Notes: generated by a model not told the origin, from the letters alone. A DNA stretch of 64,000 nt from an uncultured delta proteobacterium (GCA_963803435.1 CAWDML010000003.1:1024001-1088000); one strand, 5' to 3'. Positions 10,523 through 20,493 are shown, numbered from the stretch's first letter. Made by a program: numbers and translations.

Positions 10523-11233
10523 ATGGCCCAAGCTGGTTTCTTCAGTCGGCTCACCAACCTGTGGAAGGGTTTTCTTTCACTCTGGGTCGCAGACTTGGAG
10601 AAGGAGCACCCCGAGATCGCGTACGAAAACTCGATCAACTCGATGATCGAAAAGTACGGGACGCTCAAGAAGGCGACCGCCGCGATCATCCGGCGCCGCG
10701 AGGACGTCGAGACGCGGCTCGCGAAGCAACGTCGAGAGCTCGCGCAGGTCGACGGCGATCTCAACACCGCCATCGAGCAGGAGGAGGACGAGCTGGCCCT
10801 CATCCTGATCAACAAGAAGAACACCCTCGAGGGTGAGATCGGCGAGCTGACCGCCGATCTGGAGCAGGCGCGCACGGACGCCGAGGACGCGAAATCGTCG
10901 CTCCTCAACGTGCAGGCCGAGATCAACAAGCTGAAGACCGAGAAGGATCGGATGCTCGCCAAGATGGAGAGCGCCAAGGCGCGCATCAAGGTCCAGGAGC
11001 AGCTCGACGGACTGTCGGTCGACGCCGAAGTCGCCGCGCTCGACAACGTCCGCCAGCACATCAATCAGCTGTCGGCCGAGGCAAAGCTCAACAAGGAGCT
11101 CTCCGGCGAGTCGCTCGAGGGCCGCCTCAAGAAGCTGCGCCAGCAGACCGGCGACGTCACCGCGAAGAAGCAGCTCGACGAGCTGAAGGCGAAGCGCGCC
11201 GCCGCCAAGGCCGGCCAGCAGAAGACGATGTAG
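10523..11233 (+). CDS. pspA: PspA/IM30 family protein
   Basis: N-terminal amphipathic GFFSRLTNLWKG..LEKEHPE, 236-aa coiled coil. Confidence 0.85.
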   Translation: MAQAGFFSRLTNLWKGFLSLWVADLEKEHPEIAYENSINSMIEKYGTLKKATAAIIRRREDVETRLAKQRRELAQVDGDLNTAIEQEEDELALILINKKNTLEGEIGELTADLEQARTDAEDAKSSLLNVQAEINKLKTEKDRMLAKMESAKARIKVQEQLDGLSVDAEVAALDNVRQHINQLSAEAKLNKELSGESLEGRLKKLRQQTGDVTAKKQLDELKAKRAAAKAGQQKTM

Positions 11234-11301
11234 CCGAGCGCCACCCGATGTCGTTCTCCGTTGACTAACCCCCGCGGAATGGGCCAAACACCCTCCCGCA
11301 C

Positions 11302-11375
11302 GCACCCATAGCTTAGCTGGATAGAGCGCCGGACTACGAATCCGGAGGTCGGCCGTTCGAATCGGTCTGGGTGCG
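11302..11375 (+). tRNA. tRNA-Arg (ACG)
   Basis: GCACCCATAGCTTAGCTGGATAGAGCGCCGGACTACGAATCCGGAGGTCGGCCGTTCGAATCGGTCTGGGTGCG cloverleaf, anticodon ACG; TTGACT -35-like element at 11261; CCA is not encoded. Confidence 0.95.
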
Positions 11376-11664
11376 CTTCGACCCGAGTTGTTCCCTCGGC
11401 GGACATGGGAGGTCCAACCTGTTTCCGCCTTGGACCATCCTCACCCGAAACCTGTCTCTCCCCTGCTGGCCCGTGTCCTGCTACCGATTCCACACCGTAC
11501 CTTCCAGCCATTCAGGCTGGGCCTCCCAGACGGTGGAAGGGCGAGTGCTGCCGGGCTCTCGCCCTTCCGACCGGACTTCCTCGGGGATGATTTCTCCTCG
11601 GATTCCGTAGGACTGCACGAGGTTGCGCCGAGATCGGCGCAGCTTGTTAGGATCCGCCGGAGCC

Positions 11665-12471
11665 ATGCGCCTCGCCGTCCTCGCCCTCCTCTTGGCCGCC
11701 TGTGCGAGTCAACCGCCGCCGCGCGCGCGGCCGGCGGCGCCGCCCCAAGCGCAGCCCACCGCCAAGAAGGGCGATTACTCGGGACCCGTCTGGTTCGATC
11801 CGGAGGGCAAGAAGGTCCTCCGCAAGAGCGACGAGAAGATGGGCAAGATCGCGATCGAGCACAAGTTCGCCGCCGAGATCTCGGTGGACGGGCAGCGCGT
11901 GGCGACCGCGCCGTACACCGGAGAGATCGCGCTGGTGGCCGGTCCGCACCGCATCACGATCCAGGAGCCGGGGTGCGCGCCGCGCGACCTCGACATCACC
12001 GTGCCGGAGGGCGAGCAGGCGCTCCCGATCAACACAGTCGGGCCGTGCCTGCCGCCGGGCACGGTGGCGGTCGCTCCGCCGCCCCCCCCGCCGCCGGGGC
12101 TCGATCCGAATCAACAGCTCGTCTATCAGCAGCAGAGCAACACGCCGGCGTGGATCGTGACGGGCGTGGCCGGAGCGCTCGTGATCGCGGGCGGGGTGTT
12201 CATCGGGACCCATGTCGCCGCCGCCAAGCGTCGCGACAAGCTGATCGAGGAGGATCCCAATCGCTTCGACGCGCGTCCGGTGCGCAAGGCGGACAACGAG
12301 GCCTACGTGTGGAGCATCGCTTCGGTGTCGTCGTTCAGCGGGGCTGCGGTCGCGCTGACCACCGCCATCATCCTGTTCGTCACGAATTCGGACGAAGCGC
12401 CACCCGACTATAACTTCGGGACCGGAACCGCCGGGGGCGCACGGACGCTCACGTTCGATCTCGGCTTTTGA
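11665..12471 (+). CDS. PEGA-like domain lipoprotein with C-terminal hydrophobic helices
   Basis: Lipobox LAAC; AEISVDGQRV...LVAGPHRITIQEPG (PEGA-like); poly-Pro; two hydrophobic segments. Confidence 0.75.
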   Translation: MRLAVLALLLAACASQPPPRARPAAPPQAQPTAKKGDYSGPVWFDPEGKKVLRKSDEKMGKIAIEHKFAAEISVDGQRVATAPYTGEIALVAGPHRITIQEPGCAPRDLDITVPEGEQALPINTVGPCLPPGTVAVAPPPPPPPGLDPNQQLVYQQQSNTPAWIVTGVAGALVIAGGVFIGTHVAAAKRRDKLIEEDPNRFDARPVRKADNEAYVWSIASVSSFSGAAVALTTAIILFVTNSDEAPPDYNFGTGTAGGARTLTFDLGF

Positions 12472-12476
12472 CTTCG

Positions 12477-14969
12477 ATGCGCTGGCTTCTCGTCATCTGT
12501 GCCGTCTCGCTCCTCGGGGCGTGCCGCAAGAATCCCGAGTGCTTCGGAACCAGCGAGTGCGAGCCGGGCACCGTCTGCTTCGAGAACGCCTGCGTGGATC
12601 CCAAGGACGCGGACGCGGGTGTCGTCACCTTCTGGCAGGACGTCGAGCCGATCGTCTCGACACGCTGTCAGACCTGCCACACGGATCCGCCGCAGAACAG
12701 CGCGCCGTTTCCTCTCCTGGACTATCGCGACACCCAAGGCGACTCGATGGGCCAGCCGATCTATCGGGTCATGGCGTCGCGGGTGCGCGATCAAGGCAAT
12801 CCCATGCCGCCGCGCCCGAACGCATCGCTGGCCCCGCGCGAGCAGGACGTGATCGCGGCCTGGGCGCAGAGCGGCGCGCCGGAGGGCCTTCCGCCGTTCT
12901 CGTGGGTGGCGGACGTGGAGCCGGTGGTGCGCGCCAACTGCCAGGGCTGTCACTCGAACCCGCCCCAGAACGGCGCACCGATGCCGCTCGTGACCTTCGC
13001 CGACACGCAGATCCCGAGCCGATCGGGCCGCCCGATCTGGGAGACGATGGGGCGGCGGACGAGCAGCCTGACCGCGCCGATGCCGCCCCCGGGGGCGGGC
13101 ACCCTCGACGCCAATGGCCGCCGGATCATCCGCGTCTGGGCGGCCACCGGCGGGCCGGAGCGTCCGTCGGGCGGGACCGTCGCCCCGTACGACGCGGGTG
13201 TGCCCACCGGGACGAGCCCGCTGGTCGGCGTGGGCGCGCCGCAGTCGATCACCTCCGGGTATCAGTCGATGGAGGGGCTCGCGTGGGATCCGGTCGGCGG
13301 CGTGCTGTACTTCTCGGACGTCGGGGAGCGCACCATCTACCGGCTGACCCCGCCCACCATCGTCGATGTGTTGCGGAGCGAGAGCGACGCGGCGCGCGGG
13401 CTGCGCGTGGATCAGGACGGCAACGTGGTGGCCGCCGAGATCGCAGCGCGCCGGGTCACGCGACAGACGCCCGGAGGCGCGACCACGGTCGTCGCCGATC
13501 GCTTCCGGGCCAATCGGTTCAACTCTCCCGCCAACGTGGCGGTGCGGATCTCCGACGGGACGGTGTACTTCACGGATCCACCGCTCGGTCTGGTGACGGC
13601 GCCGCGCGAGCTCCCGTACGCGGGGCTGTTCCGCGTCACGCGCCAGGGCTCGGTGTTCGTCGAGTGGCAGGGGGTCGAAGGCACTGCGCCCACCGGTGTG
13701 ACGCTCTCGCCGGACGAGCGATCGCTCTATCTCGTCGATCGTGTCGACGGCGTGATCCGAGCGTTCGACGTCGCTTCGGGCGGCGAGCTCGCCAACGAAC
13801 GGGTCTTCGCATTCACGGGAACGACGCCGCAGGGGGTCACGGTCGATCGAAACGGCAACGTCTACGTGGCGACCGCCTCCGGTATCGAGGTCTACTCGCC
13901 GGAGGGGGCGCCCTGGGGCACGCTCTCGACGCCGGCGACGCCCACCGACGTGGCCTTCGGCGGGGCCGCGCTCGACACGCTCTACGTGGCCACGGCCGGC
14001 GCGCTGTACGCGATCCAGGTCGCGATCCCCGGCACCGACTGGGGCCGCAGCGCCGAACCCCCGGACGCAGGCATGCCGGACGGCGGCCCGCGCCCCGACG
14101 GAGGCACGCCCGACGCGGGACCGGCCAACCCGGTCACCGGAGCCGGGAGCTATCAGTTCATCCAGGGCGGCTTTCGCTTCCTCGACGGACCCGAGTGGTC
14201 GGCCGTCGATCAGCGGCTGTTCTTCTGCGACTGGGGCGCGGGCGGCGACGTGATCTATCAGTACGACGGGACCGTCACCATGTTCCGCATGCCGGGCCGG
14301 CAGTCGGCGGGGCTGGCACTCGATCCTTCGACCGGCGATCTGATCGCGGCCGAGATGGACACGCGGCGCATCACGCGCACGCCGTCCGGCGGCGCCGCCG
14401 CGTCGCTGGTGGAGCGCTATCAAGGCAATCTATTCAATGGACCCAACGACGTGGTGGTACGGAGCGACGGCACCATCTACTTCACGGATCCGCCGTACGG
14501 GCTGATGGGGCGGCCGCGCGAGCTGGGGTTCAACGGGCTGTTCCGGATCCCGACCGCCTCCACGGCTGCGGTGCTGGAGTGGCAGGGCGATCAGTTCCAG
14601 GATGAGCCGAACGGCGTCGAGCTGTCGCCGGACGAGATGCGCCTCTACGTCTCCAACACCACGCGCAACGAGGTCAGCGTGTTCGACGTGATGCCGGACG
14701 GCTCGCTCGCCAACCGGCGCCAGTTCGCGCAGACGCTCTCGATCCCGGACGGCATGGCGATCGACGCCGACGGCAACCTCTACGTGGCGGCGCGCGACGG
14801 GATCCAGGTGTTCCGTCCCGACGGCACGGCCTGGGGAACCATCGCGAACCCGCCGGGCGTACGCGGTACCAACCTGGTCTTCGGCGGGTCCAACCTGCGG
14901 ACGGTGTTCCTGACCACGCCCACCGATCTGTACCGGTTCCAGGGCGCGGTGGCGGGATGGAGCCGATGA
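12477..14969 (+). CDS. diheme cytochrome c / tandem SMP-30-gluconolactonase lipoprotein (paralogue A)
   Basis: Lipobox LGAC; Cys-rich module; CQTCH (12666) and CQGCH (12939), each followed by MPP; two SGL-type propellers (EG/DG-x-x-W, FNxP, YFTDPP). Confidence 0.85.
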   Translation: MRWLLVICAVSLLGACRKNPECFGTSECEPGTVCFENACVDPKDADAGVVTFWQDVEPIVSTRCQTCHTDPPQNSAPFPLLDYRDTQGDSMGQPIYRVMASRVRDQGNPMPPRPNASLAPREQDVIAAWAQSGAPEGLPPFSWVADVEPVVRANCQGCHSNPPQNGAPMPLVTFADTQIPSRSGRPIWETMGRRTSSLTAPMPPPGAGTLDANGRRIIRVWAATGGPERPSGGTVAPYDAGVPTGTSPLVGVGAPQSITSGYQSMEGLAWDPVGGVLYFSDVGERTIYRLTPPTIVDVLRSESDAARGLRVDQDGNVVAAEIAARRVTRQTPGGATTVVADRFRANRFNSPANVAVRISDGTVYFTDPPLGLVTAPRELPYAGLFRVTRQGSVFVEWQGVEGTAPTGVTLSPDERSLYLVDRVDGVIRAFDVASGGELANERVFAFTGTTPQGVTVDRNGNVYVATASGIEVYSPEGAPWGTLSTPATPTDVAFGGAALDTLYVATAGALYAIQVAIPGTDWGRSAEPPDAGMPDGGPRPDGGTPDAGPANPVTGAGSYQFIQGGFRFLDGPEWSAVDQRLFFCDWGAGGDVIYQYDGTVTMFRMPGRQSAGLALDPSTGDLIAAEMDTRRITRTPSGGAAASLVERYQGNLFNGPNDVVVRSDGTIYFTDPPYGLMGRPRELGFNGLFRIPTASTAAVLEWQGDQFQDEPNGVELSPDEMRLYVSNTTRNEVSVFDVMPDGSLANRRQFAQTLSIPDGMAIDADGNLYVAARDGIQVFRPDGTAWGTIANPPGVRGTNLVFGGSNLRTVFLTTPTDLYRFQGAVAGWSR

Positions 14970-17389
14970 GGCTCGCGATCTCGAGCTGCCTCTCGTTGGC
15001 GGTGCTCGGCGGGTGCCGGCTGAATCCGGAGTGCTTCGGCACCAGCGAGTGTCCGGACGGGACGTTCTGCTTCGAGCAGGAGTGCGTGCCGGCCTCGCCG
15101 GACGGCGGGACGTACACCTGGTGGGGCGACGTCGAGCCGATCGTGCGGGACCGCTGCCAGACCTGTCACGACAACCCGACGGCGAACGGGGCGCCGATCT
15201 CGCTGGTGACCTACGCCGACGTGACGGCGCAGGCGAGCACCGGCGTCCCAGTGCACCGGCAGATGTACGAGCGAGTGAAGTCGACGAGCACGCCCATGCC
15301 GCCGCCGCCCAACCCCGGCCTGTCGTCCTCCGAGATCGACATCTTCAAGACCTGGACGCGCGAGGGCGCGCCCGAGGGCGATCCACCGTTCACCTGGTAT
15401 CGGGACGTGCAGCCGATCGTGGCGGGCAACTGCCTCGGGTGCCACTCGGATCCGCCGCAGAACCAGGCGCCCATCCCGCTGGTGTCGTGGGAGAACACGC
15501 AGGTCACCGGGTCGACCAACGAGCCGGTGCACGTGATCATGGCCCGCCGGGTCGACGCGCAGATGAGCTTCATGCCGCCGACCGGACGGCTCCCGATCGG
15601 GCAGATCAACGTGATCCGGGCGTGGTCGCGGATCGGCGCGCCGCGGGGCCGGACCACCGAGCTGCCGGACGGCGGGCTGCCGGACGTCGGGATGCCCCAG
15701 ACGCCGAGCCCGCTCGAGGGCGTGGGGCAGCTGGATCAGATCTCGACCGGCTACGTGTTCCTCGACGGCCCGGACTGGCGCGCGCCCACCCGCGTGCTCG
15801 TGTTCGCGGACGTCACCGGCGACACGATCTATCAGCTGACGCCGCCCAGCACGGTGGTCCCGCTTCGAACGCCGAGCGGTCGCGCGGAGGGCCTGCGCTC
15901 GGACCCGGACGATCAGCTGGTGGCCGCTGAGCGCGAGAGCCGCTCGATCACGAGGACCGACGACCAGGGCACTGTCACGACGGTGACGGACCGCTACAAC
16001 GGCAACCGATTCAACTCCCCGAACGACATCGCCGTACGGCTGAGCGACGGCACCATCTACTTCACTGATCCGCCGCTCGGCCTCGACGGCCGGCCGCGCG
16101 AGATCAACTTCAACGGGCTGTTCCGGATCTCGCCGGCGGGCACCGTCACCGCCGAGTGGGAGGGCCCTGAAGGCTCCGAGCCGCACGGCCTCGATCTCTC
16201 TCCCGACGAGCGCACGCTCTATCTGTCGGACTCGCGGGACTCGGTGGTGCGGGCCTTCACGGTCAACCCGGACGGCACGCTCGCGAACGAGCGGATCTTC
16301 GTCTACACGGAGGCGTCGCCGGCAGGGATCGCACCGGACGAGAACGGCAACATCTTCGTGGCGACCGCCGCGGGCGTGCAGGTGTTCGCCGACAACGGTT
16401 GGGTGTGGGGCACGATCCCGATCCCGGAGCAGCCGACCAACCTGGCGTTCGGCGGCGACGATCGGCGCACGCTCTACGTCACCACCGCGTCGACGCTCTA
16501 CGCGATCTCGGTCCAGATCCCGGGGACGGACTGGAACCGCGCGATGCCGGACGCCGGCGCCAACCCGCTGGAGGGCGTGGGCGCGGCGGAGGCCTTCGGT
16601 CCGATGACGTACCAGTTCCTGGAGGGGCCCGACTGGGACGCGGCCAATCAAAGGCTGGTGTTCTCCGACATCAACGGGGACACCATCTACGAGTTCAGGG
16701 CGCCCGATCAGTTCAACGCGATCCGGAACCCCAGCAACATGGCGAACGGGCTGTTCGTGGAGCCGAGCGGCTCGATCCTGATGTGCGAGCACGGCGGGCG
16801 CCGCGTCGAGCGGCTGGGCACCGACATGGCGGTCTCGGTCGTCACGGACAACTACAACGGGATGATGTTCAACTCGCCCAACGACATCACCGAGCGCAGC
16901 GACGGGACGATCTACTTCTCGGATCCGGACTACGGGCTCGCCGGCCGGCCGATGGAGCTCAACTTCCAGGGCGTCTTCCGTCTGACGCCCGGAGGCGTGT
17001 TGACCGTCGAGTGGCAGGGCTCGCTGACCGAGCGCCCGAACGGGCTGGTGTTCTCGCCGGACGAGCAGATCCTCTACGTCACCGACACCGAGAATCGCCG
17101 CGTGTATCGCTTCGACGTGGGGACGGATGGGGCGCTGACCGGGATGGGGCTGTTCGTCGACGCGATGGGCGATACGCCCGACGGGCTCGCCATCGATCGC
17201 GACGGCAACGTCTATCTGGCCTCCAGCCTCGGGATCGAGGTCTACCGCCCCGACGGGACGCACTGGGGGAACATCCCGGTGGCCGAGGCGCCGTCCAACG
17301 TGGTGTTCGGTGGCGCGGAGCGACGGACGCTCTACATCACGACGCCGCACCGGCTGTATCGCGTCGACGTGCCGATCCCGGCGCCCTGA
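14966..17389 (+). CDS. diheme cytochrome c / tandem SMP-30-gluconolactonase lipoprotein (paralogue B)
   Basis: ATGA overlap with paralogue A stop; lipobox LGGC; CQTCH (15155) and CLGCH (15431) with MPP; two SGL propellers. Confidence 0.85.
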   Translation: MRLAISSCLSLAVLGGCRLNPECFGTSECPDGTFCFEQECVPASPDGGTYTWWGDVEPIVRDRCQTCHDNPTANGAPISLVTYADVTAQASTGVPVHRQMYERVKSTSTPMPPPPNPGLSSSEIDIFKTWTREGAPEGDPPFTWYRDVQPIVAGNCLGCHSDPPQNQAPIPLVSWENTQVTGSTNEPVHVIMARRVDAQMSFMPPTGRLPIGQINVIRAWSRIGAPRGRTTELPDGGLPDVGMPQTPSPLEGVGQLDQISTGYVFLDGPDWRAPTRVLVFADVTGDTIYQLTPPSTVVPLRTPSGRAEGLRSDPDDQLVAAERESRSITRTDDQGTVTTVTDRYNGNRFNSPNDIAVRLSDGTIYFTDPPLGLDGRPREINFNGLFRISPAGTVTAEWEGPEGSEPHGLDLSPDERTLYLSDSRDSVVRAFTVNPDGTLANERIFVYTEASPAGIAPDENGNIFVATAAGVQVFADNGWVWGTIPIPEQPTNLAFGGDDRRTLYVTTASTLYAISVQIPGTDWNRAMPDAGANPLEGVGAAEAFGPMTYQFLEGPDWDAANQRLVFSDINGDTIYEFRAPDQFNAIRNPSNMANGLFVEPSGSILMCEHGGRRVERLGTDMAVSVVTDNYNGMMFNSPNDITERSDGTIYFSDPDYGLAGRPMELNFQGVFRLTPGGVLTVEWQGSLTERPNGLVFSPDEQILYVTDTENRRVYRFDVGTDGALTGMGLFVDAMGDTPDGLAIDRDGNVYLASSLGIEVYRPDGTHWGNIPVAEAPSNVVFGGAERRTLYITTPHRLYRVDVPIPAP

Positions 17390-17393
17390 GCGA

Positions 17394-18752
17394 TCACTTC
17401 AGGAGCGACTTCACGTCGATCGCGTCCCAGAGCGCGGCCGGGAAGCTGTTCCGCGTGACGCTGCGGCGGTGCGTGAGGGAGCGCGTCGCGTCGATGCCGA
17501 GCTTCGCGACCTTGCCGTCCGCGCCGGGACAGGAGGGATCGAGCGGCGTGCCCTGGGCACCGGCGAGGATCCGGAGATCGCGGTCGGCCTGAACGTTGAG
17601 CGCCATCGCCGAGAGGACCTGGCGGAAGTCGTGGGCGTCGACATCGTCGTCCACCACGATCACCTGCTTCGCGTAGATGTCGCCGGACAGGATGGCGTCG
17701 ATGATCCGCTCGGGCTCGTCGTCGTCTTGCTTGGCGAGCGCGACGATCGCGGTCAGGGGCGCAGCCAGCACCACGCGCGTGACGTTCGGTGAGGCGCGGC
17801 GGGCGTCCTCCAGCGTCCGGTGCTCGATCCCGAGCATCGGCAGGACCAGGTGCTCCATCTGTCCGCTCACGACGTCCTGGAAGACGGCGTCGTCCCGGTG
17901 CGCGAGCAGGCTGACGGTGAGCACGGGCGACTCGGTCTTGCCGGTGCCGTAGCCGGTGAACTCGCCGAAGGGCCCCTCCTCGATCCGCTCCTCCGGGTCG
18001 ACCGTGCCCTCCAGCACGAACTCAGCGAACGCCGGCACGATCAGATCGGGCTGCGAGCGGGTGGCGGTCACCGGGAGCGCGTGTCCCAGCAGGCCTCCGA
18101 TGACGTCGTACTCCTCGATGTCGGGTGAGCCGGAGTAGAGCGCGCCGAGGGCCCAGGCGGGGTGCCAGCCGATGAAGGCGGCGACGGGCATGGGTACCCC
18201 GAGCGCCCGGTACTCTTCGAAGATGCGATCGAGGTGCTTCTTCTTCTCGATGAAGATCCCGGTCCGGTTCCGTCCCGCGATCATCAGGCGGTGGAAGCTG
18301 AGGTTGATCTTCTTCGTGCCCGGATCCCGCGCCGCCACGATCGCTGCCGTGAGATACGGCGCGCCGGCGTCGTGCTCGTGATAGACGAGCTGGGGAAGGA
18401 TCGAGAGGTCGACCTCGCCGCCCGTGAACACGCGGTCGTAGGCGGGGGCCTCGCCGCTCTCCTCGGGCCGGATCGGGTGCGCGCAGCCCTCGCTCCAGCG
18501 GGCCGAGAGCCCCTTGAGCGGGACGCCCATCGCCAGCGCCAGGCGGCCCTGTGAGCCCGCCACGGAGCTCACCATGGGGAAGGCGGTGCCCGTGACCCGT
18601 TCGAAGCGGACGATCGGGGTGCGCTGGCGATCCTCCAGCTTGGCCACGATGACGGCGGTCTCGTGGCGCGGGGAGACCTCGCGTTCGATCACCAGGAGGT
18701 CGCGCGGGCGCGCTGTCTTCACTTCGTCGAGGAACGTGCGCAGGTCGCTCAC
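17394..18752 (-). CDS. UbiD-family (prFMN-dependent) decarboxylase
   Basis: DLRTFLD start, HDAGAPY, EFVLEG, EGPFGEFTGY, VIVVDDDVD, LDPS, KLGIDAT; GTG 18752 overlaps the ligase stop. Confidence 0.9.
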   Translation of the reverse strand: MSDLRTFLDEVKTARPRDLLVIEREVSPRHETAVIVAKLEDRQRTPIVRFERVTGTAFPMVSSVAGSQGRLALAMGVPLKGLSARWSEGCAHPIRPEESGEAPAYDRVFTGGEVDLSILPQLVYHEHDAGAPYLTAAIVAARDPGTKKINLSFHRLMIAGRNRTGIFIEKKKHLDRIFEEYRALGVPMPVAAFIGWHPAWALGALYSGSPDIEEYDVIGGLLGHALPVTATRSQPDLIVPAFAEFVLEGTVDPEERIEEGPFGEFTGYGTGKTESPVLTVSLLAHRDDAVFQDVVSGQMEHLVLPMLGIEHRTLEDARRASPNVTRVVLAAPLTAIVALAKQDDDEPERIIDAILSGDIYAKQVIVVDDDVDAHDFRQVLSAMALNVQADRDLRILAGAQGTPLDPSCPGADGKVAKLGIDATRSLTHRRSVTRNSFPAALWDAIDVKSLLK

Positions 18753-20245
18753 AGATCCATCTTCTCTTGGACGATCTTGGTGACGGCGGGGCGATCGATC
18801 TTCCCCGAGTTGGTCTTGGGGAGGGCGTCGACCACGTGCAGGACCCGCGGGACCCGGACGAAGGACATCGACTTGAGGCAGTGATGCCGCAGCGTGGCGA
18901 GGTCGAGCGTCCGGCCGTCGCGGAGCGCGACGCATGCGACGATGCGCTCGCCGAGATCGCGATCGGGCACGCCCAGGACGCACGACTCCTTCACGTCGGG
19001 GTGGGCGTCGAGGACGTCCTCGATCTCCTTGGGGAAGATGCGCTCGCCCGACGACTTGATCATCTGGCTGCTGCGGCCCACCAGAAAGAGGAAGCCCTCC
19101 GGATCGAAGCGCCCCAGATCGCCGGTGCGCAGCCGGCCGCGCTCGTCGATCCGGCCCGAGCTTCGCTCGTCGCCCGAGACGTAGCCTCTCATGATGTGCG
19201 GGCCGCTGGCGACGACCTCCCCGATCTGGCCGTTCGCGACGGGCTCGCCGTCGTCGCCCACGACGTCGACCCGCGTGCCCGGGAGCGCGCGCCCGCACGA
19301 GCCTCGCTTCGCGAACACGTGATCCGGCCCGATGTACGTGATCCTCGGCGAGGCCTCGGTCTGCCCGTACGCGAGGTGGACCCCGACGTTGGGCAGGGCC
19401 GCCCTCAGCTGATCGAGCTCATCGACCGAGAGGGCGCCGCCGGTGATCAGGACGTACTTCAGGTCCGGGAGGCTGGCGTTGGCGAACGGCTTCATCAGCT
19501 GCTTGAAGTGGTAGGGGACGCCGGAGAAGCCGCTGACGCCGTGGTGTGCGATCTCGTCCACCACCTGCTTGGGGAAGTGGAAGCCCGCCGAGAAGCAGAG
19601 CCGGCCGCCGACCAGCGCGTGCGTCAGGAGCTGCATCCGGCCGTGGATGAACGAGAGCGGCACCAGCACCAGGATGCTGTCCTCGTGCGTCAGCTTCACC
19701 CACTCGTTGGCCGCGCTGACGTTCGAGATCAGGTTCGTGTGCGAGAGCATCACCCCCTTGGGACGGCCGGTGCTCCCCGAGGTGTAGATGATGAGCGCCG
19801 GATCGTCCGGTGACACGGCCGGACGCTCGAGGCGCGGGGGGCTCGGGAGATCCGACAGCTCGCTCAGCACGCGAGCGGGCGCGTGGTGGAGGCCGTCCGG
19901 GCCCATCTTCTCGAGCAGCTTCGGCTGCGCCAGCAGCGCGCTCGGCCGGGACTCCTCGAGGATGCCGTCGATCGTGTCGCGCGCCGCCAGGTGCGGGACG
20001 TCGACCACCTGGGCACCGAGACGCTGCACGCCCCAGAAGGCGAGCAGGGCCGGCGGCTCGTTCTCCCAGAGGATGGCCACGCGATCGCCCGGCTTCACGC
20101 CCTGGGATGCAAGGTGGCCTGCGATCCGGCCGGCCTCTTCCTCGAGCTCCGCCCAGGTGAAGCGGACCTCCTTGGGAAAGACCGCCGCCTCCCGGTCGGG
20201 CAGCTTCTCGGCGGCGGACGCCAGCAGGTCGAGGAGGAGCATCAC
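18749..20245 (-). CDS. AMP-dependent acyl-CoA/acyl-ACP ligase (ANL superfamily)
   Basis: YTSGSTGRPKG, YGQTE, RTGDLG, PKTNSGKIDR motifs. Confidence 0.92.
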   Translation of the reverse strand: MMLLLDLLASAAEKLPDREAAVFPKEVRFTWAELEEEAGRIAGHLASQGVKPGDRVAILWENEPPALLAFWGVQRLGAQVVDVPHLAARDTIDGILEESRPSALLAQPKLLEKMGPDGLHHAPARVLSELSDLPSPPRLERPAVSPDDPALIIYTSGSTGRPKGVMLSHTNLISNVSAANEWVKLTHEDSILVLVPLSFIHGRMQLLTHALVGGRLCFSAGFHFPKQVVDEIAHHGVSGFSGVPYHFKQLMKPFANASLPDLKYVLITGGALSVDELDQLRAALPNVGVHLAYGQTEASPRITYIGPDHVFAKRGSCGRALPGTRVDVVGDDGEPVANGQIGEVVASGPHIMRGYVSGDERSSGRIDERGRLRTGDLGRFDPEGFLFLVGRSSQMIKSSGERIFPKEIEDVLDAHPDVKESCVLGVPDRDLGERIVACVALRDGRTLDLATLRHHCLKSMSFVRVPRVLHVVDALPKTNSGKIDRPAVTKIVQEKMDL

Positions 20246-20481
20246 TTCGTGCGTTGCTTCTCGATGAACTGGGCCAGGCGCGCCACGGTCCCGAACTGGT
20301 CGGGCGTGATGTCGTCGAGCTCCACCTGGAAGCCGTAGTTGTCTTCCATCCAGACCACGAGCTCCATCACGGCGGTCGAGTCGACGATCTCCGTGAGGTC
20401 TGAGTGCTGCGTCAGGCCCTTCGCGGAGCTGGCGAGCTGGGTGCCGATGTATTGGATCAGAGCCTCCTCGATCGAGGACAT
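20242..20481 (-). CDS. acyl carrier protein
   Basis: 79 aa, acidic; VDSTAVMELVVWMEDNYG phosphopantetheine-Ser motif; F-x-TV near the C-terminus; coupled to the ligase. Confidence 0.88.
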   Translation of the reverse strand: MSSIEEALIQYIGTQLASSAKGLTQHSDLTEIVDSTAVMELVVWMEDNYGFQVELDDITPDQFGTVARLAQFIEKQRTK

Positions 20482-20493
20482 GCCGTGGTCATA

